A DNA stretch of 62,192 bases, filler included, from Globobulimina sp. (GCA_003354225.1; 19 parts of 19 records of this genome joined end to end with filler, not necessarily neighbours in it); one strand, 5' to 3'; positions 23,106 to 35,922 are shown, counted from the first letter of the whole stretch. Made by a program: numbers and translations. The notes: generated from the sequence alone by a model not told the origin.

Positions 23106-26100
23106 TCACAAATCAGAATCGTATTCATCGTCACACATAGCACCACCAATCCGTACATATCCGTCATTATTATTTTTCATCTCAACATCGGAATCATCAT
23201 CGTCTAACGTGGTCAAATCAATTTGATCTCCACCTGACCAAAAAGGTTTTACTTCGCGAACACACCCAACCTTCAAATGTTTGCACAACATTTCTAACAA
23301 CAGAAACAATCGATATTTCATAGGTTCTCTTATCCAATATTCTCGCTCAAAAATAATAAATTCTCGATTCTCTCTTTCTTTTAATTTCTCCTTCGAGCAA
23401 AAATCCCTTAAATCAATATCCATTCTCTGTTGGATTTCCTTTTCTGTGTTTCGCCATGCAAAACATTCTTCGAATAGACCCAAATACCGGGCATGTTCTT
23501 GCAGCACAACGAGGAATTTCGCAGTGGCTTCATCTGCTTTTACACATTTCCTTCCTCGATCACCTCTGCCACGAATGTTGCGCAGCTCTCGTTTAACGAC
23601 CAAATCTGTTTTACACGCATACAGCATCACTAACTCTGCAAACCTATGCAAATCAAAATGAATACCCGCGCAGTCCCAATAATATTTGTTATATATTGGT
23701 ACGCCATATGCCCATCCTACTGCACCCACTATATTTAGAGCAGATATATTCGAATAGTCCATCTGTTCCATATCAGTGTCCTCGCCGCTGTCATAGTCCT
23801 CACTGCAACTGTCCGATTCAGGTGAGGCTCTTACCGGTTTTGCTGGTTTGGCCGGTGCAGCGGCTTTCTTTCTCATAAACGACTTTGGCATTGCTTTTTT
23901 CCTCATGAATGATTTTGGGATTGGCATTTTGCGTTTCCTTTTACGTCCACCAACTTTATTACGTTCAGTATCATTATTCCCGGAAGGTTTTATGCACTTT
24001 TTTTGCACAATTTTTTTCTTTGGTATATGCTTTCCAATGGCTTTGATCTCCAATGGCTTTGATTTACATGTTTTACTGTCAATTTCCAATGGCTTTGATT
24101 TATGTTTTTTGGGCATTTGCATCGTATTATTATTCCATAATTGCATTGCTTGATTTGCTTCGATATTTAGCCGAGATATTGCTGCTTTATTTACATTGTC
24201 ATTATTGTTTTTAATATTCATTTTAATTTTTTTTAAAGGTGGTGGTGCTGGACGTGGTTCATTATGATATATGGCGGATTTGTCGATTTTATATTCAACA
24301 TCGTCACAATCAGCATACTCATTAATTTTGCTTTGATTCACTTGTTTGCGTTTAAAATACTCCACGAATTTATCATCACTCAATGGATTATTTAATATGG
24401 TCGCGCCGTATTGAATAAATTCATCACTACGCTTCAAATAATGCATAATTTCATTTCTTTTGTCATCAATCAAGAAAAATGAATTAATTTGCATTCGTTG
24501 CGACAAAGCTTGGAATGCATCGTAAACACTGCTTCTTTGCGATGTATTATAATTATTAAATGAAACGACATAATTATCTGTAGATACTTGATGCATATTC
24601 GTCCAATCTTTGTTTGTATTTAATAGCTCAATGTCTGTCTCTTTTATACCAATATGGAATGGCAATAATTGTAATTCGTAAACAAATGGACCTTTCGAAG
24701 TCTCGTCGTCGACATCAAATACACCTTTATCATCATAGTGCTGTTCTAATGCGTCAGCTCGGTCTGTTAATTGGTCAATATCCTGATATGTATGTTGTAC
24801 TGCAGCAAAATGACACACTCAAAAGCAAATACAGTATATGCAAAATACCAAAGTGGTTAAGCCCATAATGACTTCTTTCATTAACCATTCCATTCTGCTT
24901 TCCAATAACTCGTCGATTGCATCCACATATTTTTCGACATTTGAACACAAAAATGCAGGGTTTTGGAAGTCCTATTTATTGTACATTGAGTGGGAAAAGC
25001 TGACTGTACATTGACTGATATTATAAACTTAACTAATAATCTGGATAAGAATGGAAATATCATCGAGCGATGAACTGACAACCATACCAATGTACTCTTC
25101 AATGCTTTTTGTAATAAACTAAAATCGCAATACCTACATTCAACAGATTTTGCTACAATTTCTATCTGTATTTTATTCATATTTGCGCTCAAATAATCGA
25201 CCATTTTATTGGATGGATCTTTACATCTCAATTTTATTACATTTGTAAACATAATACTTGACGCAATGTCTCTTTTTTTCTCATCTAAAACATTAAATAA
25301 CGGCGATAACACATTAAACATTTTGCTTTCGGCGAATGCAGATATTTTCCTATAAAAATGTTTTTGTTGATCATGAATAAAATACGTTTTTTGAGCATTT
25401 AAGTCCGTATGATTTAGAACTGCGTTTATCTGAAGATAGTGATAATCACTGTTTGCATCACATGTCGCATCGCAGCAATTGCAATACATCTCACTCTCTG
25501 TGATATCCTCCACTTTGTTCACATTGCTACAAATGCTGCATTTCCATAATTTATTACGATGATAATACTCATAAACCTCACAATTCTCGTTCAATGATAC
25601 TGTCATTTCACTATCACTGCATTTATGCTCTTCTTTGCCACTGTTCATATTTACAGTGATTTTCGATATGTTGGAAGCTGGTATTTTGATTAATAATTCT
25701 TGCGTAGATTGCAATTCTGTGGTTATGTAAATGGAGCCATTGTGGATGAATGTGTATGCTATGATAGATTGCGGGATATTGTATAATTCAATTAATTCAT
25801 TATTCGCATTGCAAGAAATGAAATCGACATTGAGCGCACGTTCAAACGTGGTGTAATACTTTGGATGTATGGACACTTTTAATCCTTTATTGCGACGTCC
25901 CGCTACACGTCGGGCATATTTGCACCAATAAAATATGGACGAGAATACAACAAAACATTTATTGTTTTTGAATTCAATCAATCGGATGGCTCTGCGCCAA
26001 CGATCTAATTTTGCATCGGATATTATTGGCTTGGAAGCTTTGCTAAAATGGTTTAATATGATATCTTTACATGTGTAATTTGGTGGAACCTCTGAAAAAA

Positions 26101-26140
26101 TGATGGCAAATGTTTCCTCAACAACATCAACGGATTTATC
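23106..26140 (-). CDS. Large hypothetical protein (about 980 aa visible, 5' partial) with a C4 zinc ribbon; exons 26140-24886 and 24799-23106
   Basis: An 86-nt GT-AG intron (24800-24885) joins the two ORFs in frame (EWNV-QHTYQ); CSIC-x14-CNCC motif; Lys-rich internal duplications (KSKPLEI x2, PKSFMRKKA x2). Confidence 0.7.
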
Positions 26141-26240
26141 NNNNNNNNNNNNNNNNNNNNNNNNNNNNNNNNNNNNNNNNNNNNTTAATTAATTAANNNN
26201 NNNNNNNNNNNNNNNNNNNNNNNNNNNNNNNNNNNNNNNN

Positions 26241-27391
26241 GGCGGCGAGGAATGAAATACATCACAAAGACATTGAGCATAAATTTTAGTGGCATCAACC
26301 AGACGCACGCGCAAAATGAGAATTGTATCCAATTGAAACAGCAACAGCAACAGCAACAGAAACAGAAAGACAGAGTTATAGCTTCTCGGCGATTTAACGT
26401 TTCCAAGTCTGAGAAGATAAAGTTAGTGGAGAAGCCGTCGTGGTTAGTAAAGAAAAAGAAGTTATTGCCCTCTCCGGACGTGTCGCAACATCATGTGGTG
26501 GTTTTGTTGGGTTTGGCATTGAATTGTGTCGGTTTTCGGATCTTATCTGGGACAGATCTGTGGTTCGTGGCCGGTTCGAGTGGCATTGATTTGGTTTTGG
26601 GATTGGTGCTGATATCATGCGGCTCCTCCTTCATTATCATATCTTGCATTGATTCCTTTATAAATGGCTTGTTGCTGAATACGCGCAATATAAACCAGAC
26701 CGAATTGACGTACATTTGTATCAATTTGTCCATATTAATGGGGCCGCTATTTGGCGGCCTTATGCTCGATTTGGCCAATAATAATTTCATTACTTTGGCG
26801 CAATATTGGTCGTTTGTGCAAAGCATACATTTTAGTATTTATTTTTTCTTTTTTGTGGTGGGATATTTTATTAAATGCATTCGACATTTTGTAATTAAGC
26901 GAATTCAGCAATGTAGAATGCGGAAAGAAAAAGAAAAACATCGACAACAGCAACAGCAACAACAACAGGCTGTGCTTAGAGTGAATCCATCGTTGCAGCA
27001 AGCACTTATTGCACCGATTCAGAACTCATTAATTCGTGATTTGTCATGTGGTAAAATACAAAAATCGATGCATACAAATACGACGCCGGTGTTGCAGGCA
27101 AATAATAATCAGAATAAAATTGAGAAAAATATAAATATTGCAATGATAAATGATGTGAATGTGAATCAATTAAAACAAAGAATAAAACCCAAGAACAGCA
27201 ATACAAATAAGGAGGATGATAGTGACTCAAATCGGGCATATATTTATGGTACGGATTTGAGACATTTATGTTGGTGGAAGAGAGGATTAAATGTACGATT
27301 TCCATACATTCAATGGATGGAAAGTGGATGGAGTGCCACTCATCTTATGAAAAACGGCAAAAACCCAAATTGTTCTGATTCTGAATTGTAA
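26241..27391 (+). CDS. Membrane protein with about 4 TM helices and poly-Q tracts, MFS-like C-terminal half, probably 5' partial
   Basis: Hydrophobic helices; ILMGPLFGGLMLDL resembles an MFS helix motif. Confidence 0.5.
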
Positions 27392-27593
27392 AATTTGTTA
27401 CTTGTAAATGTACAAATCATCTGCGTGCTTTTTGTGGTGTATTCTTCAATTAATTAAATAAGTATTATGATGTTATAAAACTTTTTAATTTAAATTAAGC
27501 TGAAAAACTGTTTTAATACTAAAGTGTTCGTAATCACAATGTTCTTGTGTTGAACACGCAAAAGCGCATTGATTGAAGTTAGCTGAAAAAAAG

Positions 27594-29159
27594 ATGCCAA
27601 GGAATGCTCAATGGACATCGCAAGAAGACCAAGAATTAACAAAGTTGACTTTGCGAAATTCAAAAGAAAACAATGGTATTATAGATTGGGATGAAATTCA
27701 TGATTTACGCAGAGGGCAAATTGCGAGACGATCAAAGAATGCAATGATATCCAGATGGTGGAAGATCAAAGAAACGCAAGATTACGACATCAATGATAAC
27801 AATGACGATCTCCACGACATAACCGACCTAAATGACGATGCAAAAGAAAATGGCATTGATAACAAGCATAGCAATGAGGACGATGACAATGACGACGATA
27901 TGACTGTCAATGGCAATGATGAACATGTTGCCATTGACATTAATATCGAGCATCAGCAGCCAGCAGACATCGATATGGATATAGATATGAATGATATGGC
28001 TAGAAACAATAAGAAAAGGAAGCGGAGGAAAAAAAGAAAGAGCAATCCAATGCAAAATATAATCCATTCCTTATTGAGCAACAAATACAAAATTAATTGT
28101 CAAGACTCATCCGGATCGATATCCGACGCCAATGACGCCAATGAGGAGGAAGAGGGAGAGGAGGAAGAAGATGCCATCTCTTATAAGAATTATTACCGGC
28201 ATGATATTGCGACCCTGAAATTGACGTCGTTCACTTTAACGACATTGAAACCATATATACGCGCCTTTGAGCAACAAATCTTAATCAATCACAATATGAA
28301 CCACGACGAGACTGCGAATGCGAGTCAATACATCTCAGAGAATAAGAACTTGCGCAAAACCATCATTTTGCAGAATAAGTTTCTCACCGAATTATACACA
28401 AAAATTCAACATCAACAAGGCATTGTTCGTGAGATGGTGGAATGTGATGAAAAATTGAAATTTAAATTGAAATATATCCATCAGCAACAAACTATATTTA
28501 ATCGGGAAATGTTCGCCAAAAATCAGCAAATCAGCAAGTTGCAAGAAATAATTGTTAACAATGATGAGCAGACTCAAAATAACCAAATTGTGTCGGTTTT
28601 GAAGATATTAAATGTTTTATCGGAGAGGGTTGTCGCCGAGAATTTGCTCAATGATTTGCATGCTGTCATGTCGTTAATGGATAATTTATTGCAAATCGTT
28701 GAGATTCAAACAGCGGCACAGCCGCAGACATTGACTGTTAAGCAACTTATGGCCAGTTTGAAAGTGAAATTATATGCGATATTAAATAACACACCGGGGC
28801 CCTTTGCGAAAAATATCCAAGATATTGAGAGTAGAAAAAGAAAGCGGCCACAGTCACATTGCATGGCCATGGATGATACGGAGGATATGACCGCAAATCC
28901 AATCAAAAAACAGAAGATAAGCAATAAACAGTTATCATTGCCAATGATCAATGGTAAGCCGCCTCCGCCAGTGTTCACGTCCATAAATAATGAGAACAAT
29001 ACAAATAACAACGAGAATCCGCCACCTTTACCTCCTCCACCGCCCCCAATTACAATTGCAAACAATGGAGCTGCAAATAGCAATAATCAGAAAGGCATGT
29101 GTGGCATTGATTTGTTATTACAAGTTGCTATGTTGGATAATAAACAGACACCTAAATAA
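27594..29159 (+). CDS. Myb/SANT-domain protein with NLS, coiled coil and Pro-rich tail
   Basis: WTSQEDQELTKL...IDWDEI...RRSKNAMISRW; KKRKRRKKRK; C-terminal IDLLLQVA. Confidence 0.75.
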   Translation: MPRNAQWTSQEDQELTKLTLRNSKENNGIIDWDEIHDLRRGQIARRSKNAMISRWWKIKETQDYDINDNNDDLHDITDLNDDAKENGIDNKHSNEDDDNDDDMTVNGNDEHVAIDINIEHQQPADIDMDIDMNDMARNNKKRKRRKKRKSNPMQNIIHSLLSNKYKINCQDSSGSISDANDANEEEEGEEEEDAISYKNYYRHDIATLKLTSFTLTTLKPYIRAFEQQILINHNMNHDETANASQYISENKNLRKTIILQNKFLTELYTKIQHQQGIVREMVECDEKLKFKLKYIHQQQTIFNREMFAKNQQISKLQEIIVNNDEQTQNNQIVSVLKILNVLSERVVAENLLNDLHAVMSLMDNLLQIVEIQTAAQPQTLTVKQLMASLKVKLYAILNNTPGPFAKNIQDIESRKRKRPQSHCMAMDDTEDMTANPIKKQKISNKQLSLPMINGKPPPPVFTSINNENNTNNNENPPPLPPPPPPITIANNGAANSNNQKGMCGIDLLLQVAMLDNKQTPK

Positions 29160-29519
29160 CTGTTCAATTTTCTTGTATTGTGTTGTGTAAAGTGTTTTGA
29201 TATGACATCCACACCACGCACCACACTCATTTGTTAGTGTAAGGATAGTGGACGTAAACAAGGAAACTTTGGTAATTTAGATTTCTTTGAATAATAGGTC
29301 CAAAAACATTAATTATAACAACAAAAAATCATCCTTGTTTGATGCGCTCGACACAATTAATGTCATTAAGTAGTAGTAGGACAAAATTCAATCAGGCCGG
29401 AGGTCTGATTCCAGGCTCANNNNNNNNNNNNNNNNNNNNNNNNNNNNNNNNNNNNNNNNNNNNTTAATTAATTAANNNNNNNNNNNNNNNNNNNNNNNNN
29501 NNNNNNNNNNNNNNNNNNN

Positions 29520-31533
29520 ACTGCAATATTTATCCACGTATCTTCATCATTGTCACCTCTCCAAACTCGAACATCAACGCGCTCCATTTTATTATCTGCC
29601 GATTCAATGTATTTATTACAATGCAATGCAAATTGAGACAAATCAAATTCATATTCATTCTCATCATCATAAATAATAATATTTCTGCACTGTGTAAATA
29701 ACGAACATAGAAAATCTAACCTTATCATATTTGATTGTTTAGACACAAACAAAATATCTTTAAATAATGCCAAATGTCGTGCAATCTGTCGTTGATTAAT
29801 CACAATTTGTTGTTTATGATTACAGAATGCCACAAAACACTCATTCACATATTTTGAAAATTTATTTTCTTGAATATCCAATTTGTGCTTAATCAATTTC
29901 TGTAAAATAAACCTATCACATTTTGCTATTTTTTCTTTGGCTGCCAAAGTAACCGAAATTCCACTTAAAATGTCAAAAAAAGCGTGGTATTTCATACTAA
30001 AACATTAATTCTCAAAAATATACCTAACCTCAGCATGCAATCAAAGTAAAACAAAGCCTTCAAAAAGCATTGCAAATTTTGTTTAGCATCCACCAATCTG
30101 ACCGACTCGACCCTGACCGGCCAAGCCCCGCCGATAAATAATCTCTCGTCTTCGTCGGGATAACATGACAGCCATTGACAGCTAAAAAAGCGCACATTTG
30201 CCCCATAATAGTTACTCCCATTATTTATTTGCAGCACAATGCCTTTACTATCAGCAAAATTAAATGCGACTGCTAATTGTTTCGATGTCGATGTCGGTGA
30301 ACATAATCGAATCAAATACGACGAAATCAGCAGATATGCAGTACCACAATAAAACGGTGTACGTCTTTCAAATCCCATTAACTGTCCGTAGCATTCCACA
30401 GTTTCCCGAATCAATTTGCTCCAGTTCCAATACTCGCGATTTCGATTTTTAATCGACGACAACAGTTCGGACGGATGCAACAAACGGAAGGTTGACGAAA
30501 ATGATCGAGACAGTTGACTCAAATCAGTGTATAATATGATGCTCGTTATATGGCGCAAAGTGAGTGCGGAACCATCCTTTATTCCGTAATGTAAATCATT
30601 TTCTTCATCACCGGCTCGGATTGATTTTGCTAAATTTGACTCAATGAATACTGCCACTTTTTGTAATATCTGCTGAAATGCCGCGAGTTTAATACTTTGT
30701 ACGCCATTATTTAACAATTCTTCCTTCAATGAGGCGTATTTTGGCTCTATATATAACTGCGAAGGGCTGTGACCTGAATAATTATTTTGATTGAACCAGT
30801 ATTGCTTGATATTATTTTCATTTTTGTAATACGGCCAATAATAAAAAGTGAAACCAACATTAAAGTGATCGTCTTTTTTGTCAGTGTTCATATTAAGATC
30901 GAATTTGTGCGAACTAATTCTATTATTTTCGGTGATAAGTTTTTCTTTTTTTAATATTTCGACCGAAATGGCATTTAATTTGGAATCAAAATATGAATCA
31001 TCTGCTTTTTTTTCGTCTCGTTTGCTATCCTCATCATCAGTGCTTTGTGCATAATTTTTCTTTATTCGAATGCCGGAATCAAACGAATGTAAAATGAAAG
31101 AATGAATTTGATCCAATAAATCCCTCCAAAAAATAAATGATACATTTGTATTTGTGACGGATCCGCAACTTTCTCTGTTTCTGTTTGATCGAATATACAT
31201 TGAACATGATGCAAATGCGCAGCATAATAATTGTTTATATTCTTTTTGAGTGTTTATAAAATCATGAACTAACTCAATGTCGTTATTATGATGCTTTATC
31301 ATATGATTATAGTCATTAATCAAGGTTTTATATTTGTTGGTACAGTAATCCACTAAAATATCATTTTCTTGTTTTGCGTTGAATGACTGATAATAAATCA
31401 ACATATCCATAATACGCTTTGTTTCCACACATTTATCCGCTGATACACACTTTGTATTGCTTTGTAGTTCATTGCCAGGTTCAAGTGTTGATCTCGCTTC
31501 ATTCACAAAACCAACTTTCTGTTCAGCAGCCAT
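29520..31533 (-). CDS. Protein with an ADP-ribosyltransferase-like (STS / E-x-E) domain, 3' partial; exons 31533-30029 and 29963-29520
   Basis: IILYTD, FYCG, PTSTSKQLAVAFNFA..GIVLQI, WLSCYPDEDERLF; a 65-nt intron (29964-30028) gives FDCMLSGISV. Confidence 0.7.
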
Positions 31534-31627
31534 CTTAATTTGACTAAACCACTTCAAAAGGTTTTGCACCTTACATTTATGTTTCACTGTATACTCAAAT
31601 AGCAAGCAAGAAAGGTATAGTCATAAT

Positions 31628-32697
31628 TTAAATATTCGTTGCTGTTTTATATTTATGTTTTGTCTCTGGTAAAATGAAATAAATTGCAACAGTCCCAATA
31701 AAAGTAATAATTCCAAAGGGCAGAAAGGCAAAACTTTGCAATCCATTCACTAAGATTGGCGTAATCAGAGCAATCACTGTATTAAAGGACCAGTTTGTAG
31801 CTAACGAATAACTCATAATATGGCTACGATACTTAATTGGGGATAATTCAGCAACATAAAAGAATGGAATTGGACCCAAACCAATTTCAAAAGTAATAAC
31901 AAAACATATCAAGCAAATAAGAATGCCAATATTTGTGTGACTTAGAAACATAATTGTAATGATAATGGATGATAAACACATTCCAAATGAGGATATTAAT
32001 AATAATGGCTTTCTGCCATATTTATCTACAAAAAATAGAATAATTAGTGTTGATAACATATTTGCGATTGATATATAAACCGATCCTAACCAACTATCGA
32101 CGCCTTCGAAACCATCACCTAATATCTCTTCTGAATAATAAAACACTGCATTTATGCCACTTAATTGAGTCAATAAATGCAAAAACAACGAACAAAATAA
32201 TATCTGTTTGTAGGTCATTGCAATATCAGTTGTTGGCTCATCAATTTGTAACTTATTTGGTGACTTATCTTGTTCGGTCTGTTCAACTTCAAATTTGTGA
32301 TATATTTGTGTCCATAATTTAGTTTCAACGGATATTGCTTCATTTTCTTTTCCTTTTTGTCGGAGCCATTCCGGTGATTCCAATATGGCAAAGAATGCAA
32401 ATAACTGTAAAATGGATATAATGCCAGGTACAATGGCACCATATCTCCAAAGCGGATCTGTTTGATACAATTTGCCCAAAACCATGGATATGCAAATCGT
32501 AAATGTTATGCTGAGCTGAATTAATGCTCCTAATCTTCCTCCATATTTTGCTGGCGATATTTCTTTGATATACGTGCTGCAAACAACGGTCGCCATTCCT
32601 GAGGCAAACCCCGTTATAAACCTACCAAGAAGTAATTGAATGTAATAATATGAAGATGCTACAATTATGCTTGAAAATATATGTATAACGTCCATGA
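31628..32697 (-). CDS. MFS sugar porter (GLUT/SLC2A-like), 5' partial
   Basis: GRFITGFASG, YIKEISP, LESPEWL, QLSGINAVFYYS, VDKYGRKPLL, GLGPIP..AEL, NW, LPETK. Confidence 0.95.
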
Positions 32698-32959
32698 NNN
32701 NNNNNNNNNNNNNNNNNNNNNNNNNNNNNNNNNNNNNNNNNTTAATTAATTAANNNNNNNNNNNNNNNNNNNNNNNNNNNNNNNNNNNNNNNNNNNNAAT
32801 TATTATGGGACGGCAGACAAAAACCAAGCGTGGCCATAGCACCGTGGACAGCGGCCGCGTACAAATCTATTCTTGTGATGATAGCTCAAAGAGAGCGTCT
32901 TATTGAAGAATATTTGCCATTATTTGGGTTCAAATCGCAATCATCACATTTTTAAAACA

Positions 32960-33170
32960 AAAGCCAATGGTGAATGGTATGAATTTATATCCGTCTAATA
33001 ATTCCGCTTCAAATCTATCTTTGTATCAATTGTATTTACTATTTTCTCCAATTTTTCCCGCCATAAAATGTGTAATATTATCATTTTCCGTATTTACTTT
33101 ATTTTCATTACAAAATGTCGGTTATAATAACGTCCAACATAACTTTTGACATTGGCCTTCATAGTGATAG
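32960..33170 (-). pseudogene. Relic of a restriction-like endonuclease domain from a non-LTR retrotransposon
   Basis: Frameshifted, stop-containing LDVIITDI ... AGKIGENSKYN*YKDRFEAELLDGYKFIPFTI resembles the D-V...E..K..KY....G..F.P motif of RLE elements. Confidence 0.4.
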
Positions 33171-33388
33171 CGGTCAAGGCACTTCAGCATACTTAAGTGA
33201 ACAAGGGCAGATATAAATAATTAAGGGGTTGTTCTTATATTGCGCAATATCAATTGGACCTAGCTATAGGACCTAGGCCATCCTGAAAATGGTAATATCG
33301 TAAATTCGCAACAAATTATAAAAAACAAAAAAAAATTAATAAACAACAGAAAGCCAATAGATATAACAGAAGAATCTTGACATTACTG

Positions 33389-34180
33389 TTACTTCTTTAA
33401 TTTAATCAATTCCTTCTTCATCCAATTTTTTAGTAACCTTCTTGTTGTAGCTGGACTAGCTGGTGTCTGCTCAGTCCGCACCAAACCATTGATTGCAGTG
33501 AACCATTTATTGTAATCATTACTAGTCTCAAACTCCAAATTCCAAATTTCACCATTTCTTGTGTTGACAGTCAAAGACAAAAAACTATCCACCAATTTGT
33601 CAAAAGGATTTTGTGTGACTTTTGTGACTTCCATCTTACCGGCTAACACACATTTACTTGCATCTTTGTATCGTTTTAATACTCCATCAGTAATCACCAA
33701 ATAGCGCCTGTTGTATCCAGTGTAAGTTCCTCCGATCCAATTCATTTTTATTGTCCTCACCCACCCTTGTTTTACAATTGTCCTCCTCCGATCCAATTCA
33801 TTTTTATTGTTCACTTTTATTGCCGGCGCCTGAATTGCTTCAATCCAATCAAATCTCTCCGCTAAGTCGTCAAATTTTAAGGTCCTAATTTCTCCAGATT
33901 CGGATTGCAGTGTAATTGTTTTCTTGTCGGTGTCTTCATTAATAATTTCTACATTGTACATGGTTCCCTTTAGTTCGTTCCCGCTCTCGTCCCATCTTTC
34001 TAATTTTCCTTGATCTGTTAATTTACACTTTCTTTTTTGATATCGAAGTAATCCACCCCAACTTCCTGCAACTCCGTGTTTGAATGTTAATAATACCTTT
34101 TCTTTAACAAAGGTTTCACTGACTGCACTGGCTGCACTTAAAGTAATCAACAGTAACGCTGTGAATATCTTCTTCAACAT
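33389..34180 (-). CDS. Signal-peptide protein with two PH domains
   Basis: MLKKIFTALLLITLSAASA; PH1 YQKRKCKL...RTLKFDDLAERFDWIEAI; PH2 VKQGWV...YNRRYLVITDGVLKRYKD...LEFETSNDYNKWFTAI. Confidence 0.8.
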   Translation of the reverse strand: MLKKIFTALLLITLSAASAVSETFVKEKVLLTFKHGVAGSWGGLLRYQKRKCKLTDQGKLERWDESGNELKGTMYNVEIINEDTDKKTITLQSESGEIRTLKFDDLAERFDWIEAIQAPAIKVNNKNELDRRRTIVKQGWVRTIKMNWIGGTYTGYNRRYLVITDGVLKRYKDASKCVLAGKMEVTKVTQNPFDKLVDSFLSLTVNTRNGEIWNLEFETSNDYNKWFTAINGLVRTEQTPASPATTRRLLKNWMKKELIKLKK

Positions 34181-34605
34181 GCTTATGAAAAAATGGATAC
34201 AATTATCTACTGAATTGCCGACTCACTGACACTGTAGAGATACAAATATAGAATTATGAGTTCGCAATGAGTACAATATGTGATTATGATTATTATATTC
34301 ATACTGCTCAATAACTTAATATAAATAAATTGTAATTTTAATAAAATGATCAAATATTTGCTGTATTGACTCACATTCTGAATATTGGAGTAAAAATGTC
34401 ATTATTAATAATTTTGGAGCTAATAATATATCCACATTGAGCAATAACGAACCGAATTTCCGTTTATGCCATGTTACAGATTTATTTTGTTGCGTTTGGT
34501 TCTATACATCTGTGAAAACCTGTCATCCTCGATTTGAACCTGTCTCAAGCCAAAGGTTTGCATCATCAGTTTGAATATGTTAAGTTTTGAAAGGAAATAG
34601 ATTGA

Positions 34606-35487
34606 ATGTATAACCTATTAATTAATCGAATTGCCTGCGGTTATTATCATAGTTTATGCGTGGATGGTAATGGCGGATTATATACGTGGGGGAATGGAAA
34701 GGATGGTCAGTTAGGACATGGAACTAAATCACATCAAAGCATTCCAACATTGGTATCTTTTTTTAACGATAGAAATATAAAAATTGTGTCATGCAGAGGA
34801 AGTTATGAACATTCTGCTGCCGTATCAATAACTGGCCGGTTATACATGTTTGGCTATGGTGGCTATGGGCAGTTAGGTACTGGAGATACAAAAAAACGAT
34901 TAATCCCTACAAAAATGCAATATTTGAGGGAGCAGCGCATCGTCGATGTCTCATTAGGTTTCTGTCATAGTTCGGTGATAAAAAAACAAATATACAAAGA
35001 TGATGAGAAAGAAAAGAATTCGAAATGTTTTATATTAAAATATGATGAAGCGGTCAATATTACAAATAAAGGCGAGTCGTACCAAATTTATATGAAAAAC
35101 AGCGATTTATTTGGAAATGATGATTGGTTCCAGATACAGTCTGTGAGTTTGCGTCACTTTGCAGATTGTACCAATATATTTATTGATAGTTTGCAGATGA
35201 ATGAGAATAAAATAATATCTATTGATGCTGCAACAAATATTGATGGCAAATATCATTCACAAATTATAAATGCGCAATATATTTTGAGAATAAATGAAAA
35301 GAATGAAGAAATCAATGAAATAAAACATTCTGATAAATTGTATGAATTTGAAGGCGTAAAGAATTTAAAAGATATTAAATTTGATGTATCGGATATTATA
35401 ACCACAGATACATTGTCAATAAAAATGTTTGTCAAACCAGCAAAGTATAAACGTTTCTTTTTGTTGAAAACATTTGCTAAAAAATAA
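34606..35487 (+). CDS. RCC1-repeat protein (about 2.5 repeats; probably truncated or last exon)
   Basis: IACGYYHSL...LYTWGNGKDGQLGHG, LYMFGYGGYGQLGTG, VSLGFCHS. Confidence 0.85.
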   Translation: MYNLLINRIACGYYHSLCVDGNGGLYTWGNGKDGQLGHGTKSHQSIPTLVSFFNDRNIKIVSCRGSYEHSAAVSITGRLYMFGYGGYGQLGTGDTKKRLIPTKMQYLREQRIVDVSLGFCHSSVIKKQIYKDDEKEKNSKCFILKYDEAVNITNKGESYQIYMKNSDLFGNDDWFQIQSVSLRHFADCTNIFIDSLQMNENKIISIDAATNIDGKYHSQIINAQYILRINEKNEEINEIKHSDKLYEFEGVKNLKDIKFDVSDIITTDTLSIKMFVKPAKYKRFFLLKTFAKK

Positions 35488-35639
35488 ATTTATACCAGTA
35501 CTATATATATATATTTATACCTGTATTTTATACCGCTTTTATTGTTTTTGTATCAGATTTTGCGTTGTTTTTTAATTTTAATTTAAACCTTATATTTTTA
35601 TGGATTCAATTATTTTTAAACCTTATATTAGAGAATGTC

Positions 35640-35709
35640 CAACTAACTATTTTTCGAGACCGTTACATTAGACTATGCTCAACTAAGTTTTTTTCGAGAC
35701 CGTTACATT
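35640..35709. repeat. Direct repeat, two copies, period 40 nt
   Basis: CAACTAA...TTTTCGAGACCGTTACATT occurs twice. Confidence 0.85.
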
Positions 35710-35855
35710 TCAAGTCTACTTATGTCTAAGAGGATTGCTTGCCAGCAGCGTGGATTAATAAATAGTCCTCACTCTATTCCCTCTACTGTCTCTCCATATG
35801 GTTTATAATTCATTTGAAAAATAAACCTCCACATAAAAAATCGATAATGGATAAA

Positions 35856-35922
35856 GGTCGCCTAGCTCAAGCAGAGCACTGCATTGATCCAGAAGATTCA
35901 GGTTCAATTCCTGAGGCGACAG
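35856..35922 (+). pseudogene. tRNA-derived sequence (tRNA pseudogene or SINE head)
   Basis: GTCGCC/GGCGAC acceptor stem, GCTC/GAGC D stem, TCAGG-TTCAATT-CCTGA T arm; D loop shortened and anticodon loop collapsed to TTGA. Confidence 0.7.

Noticed and set aside
29370-29419. Possible tRNA-like sequence at contig end
   Set aside because: No consistent cloverleaf or B-box could be drawn.
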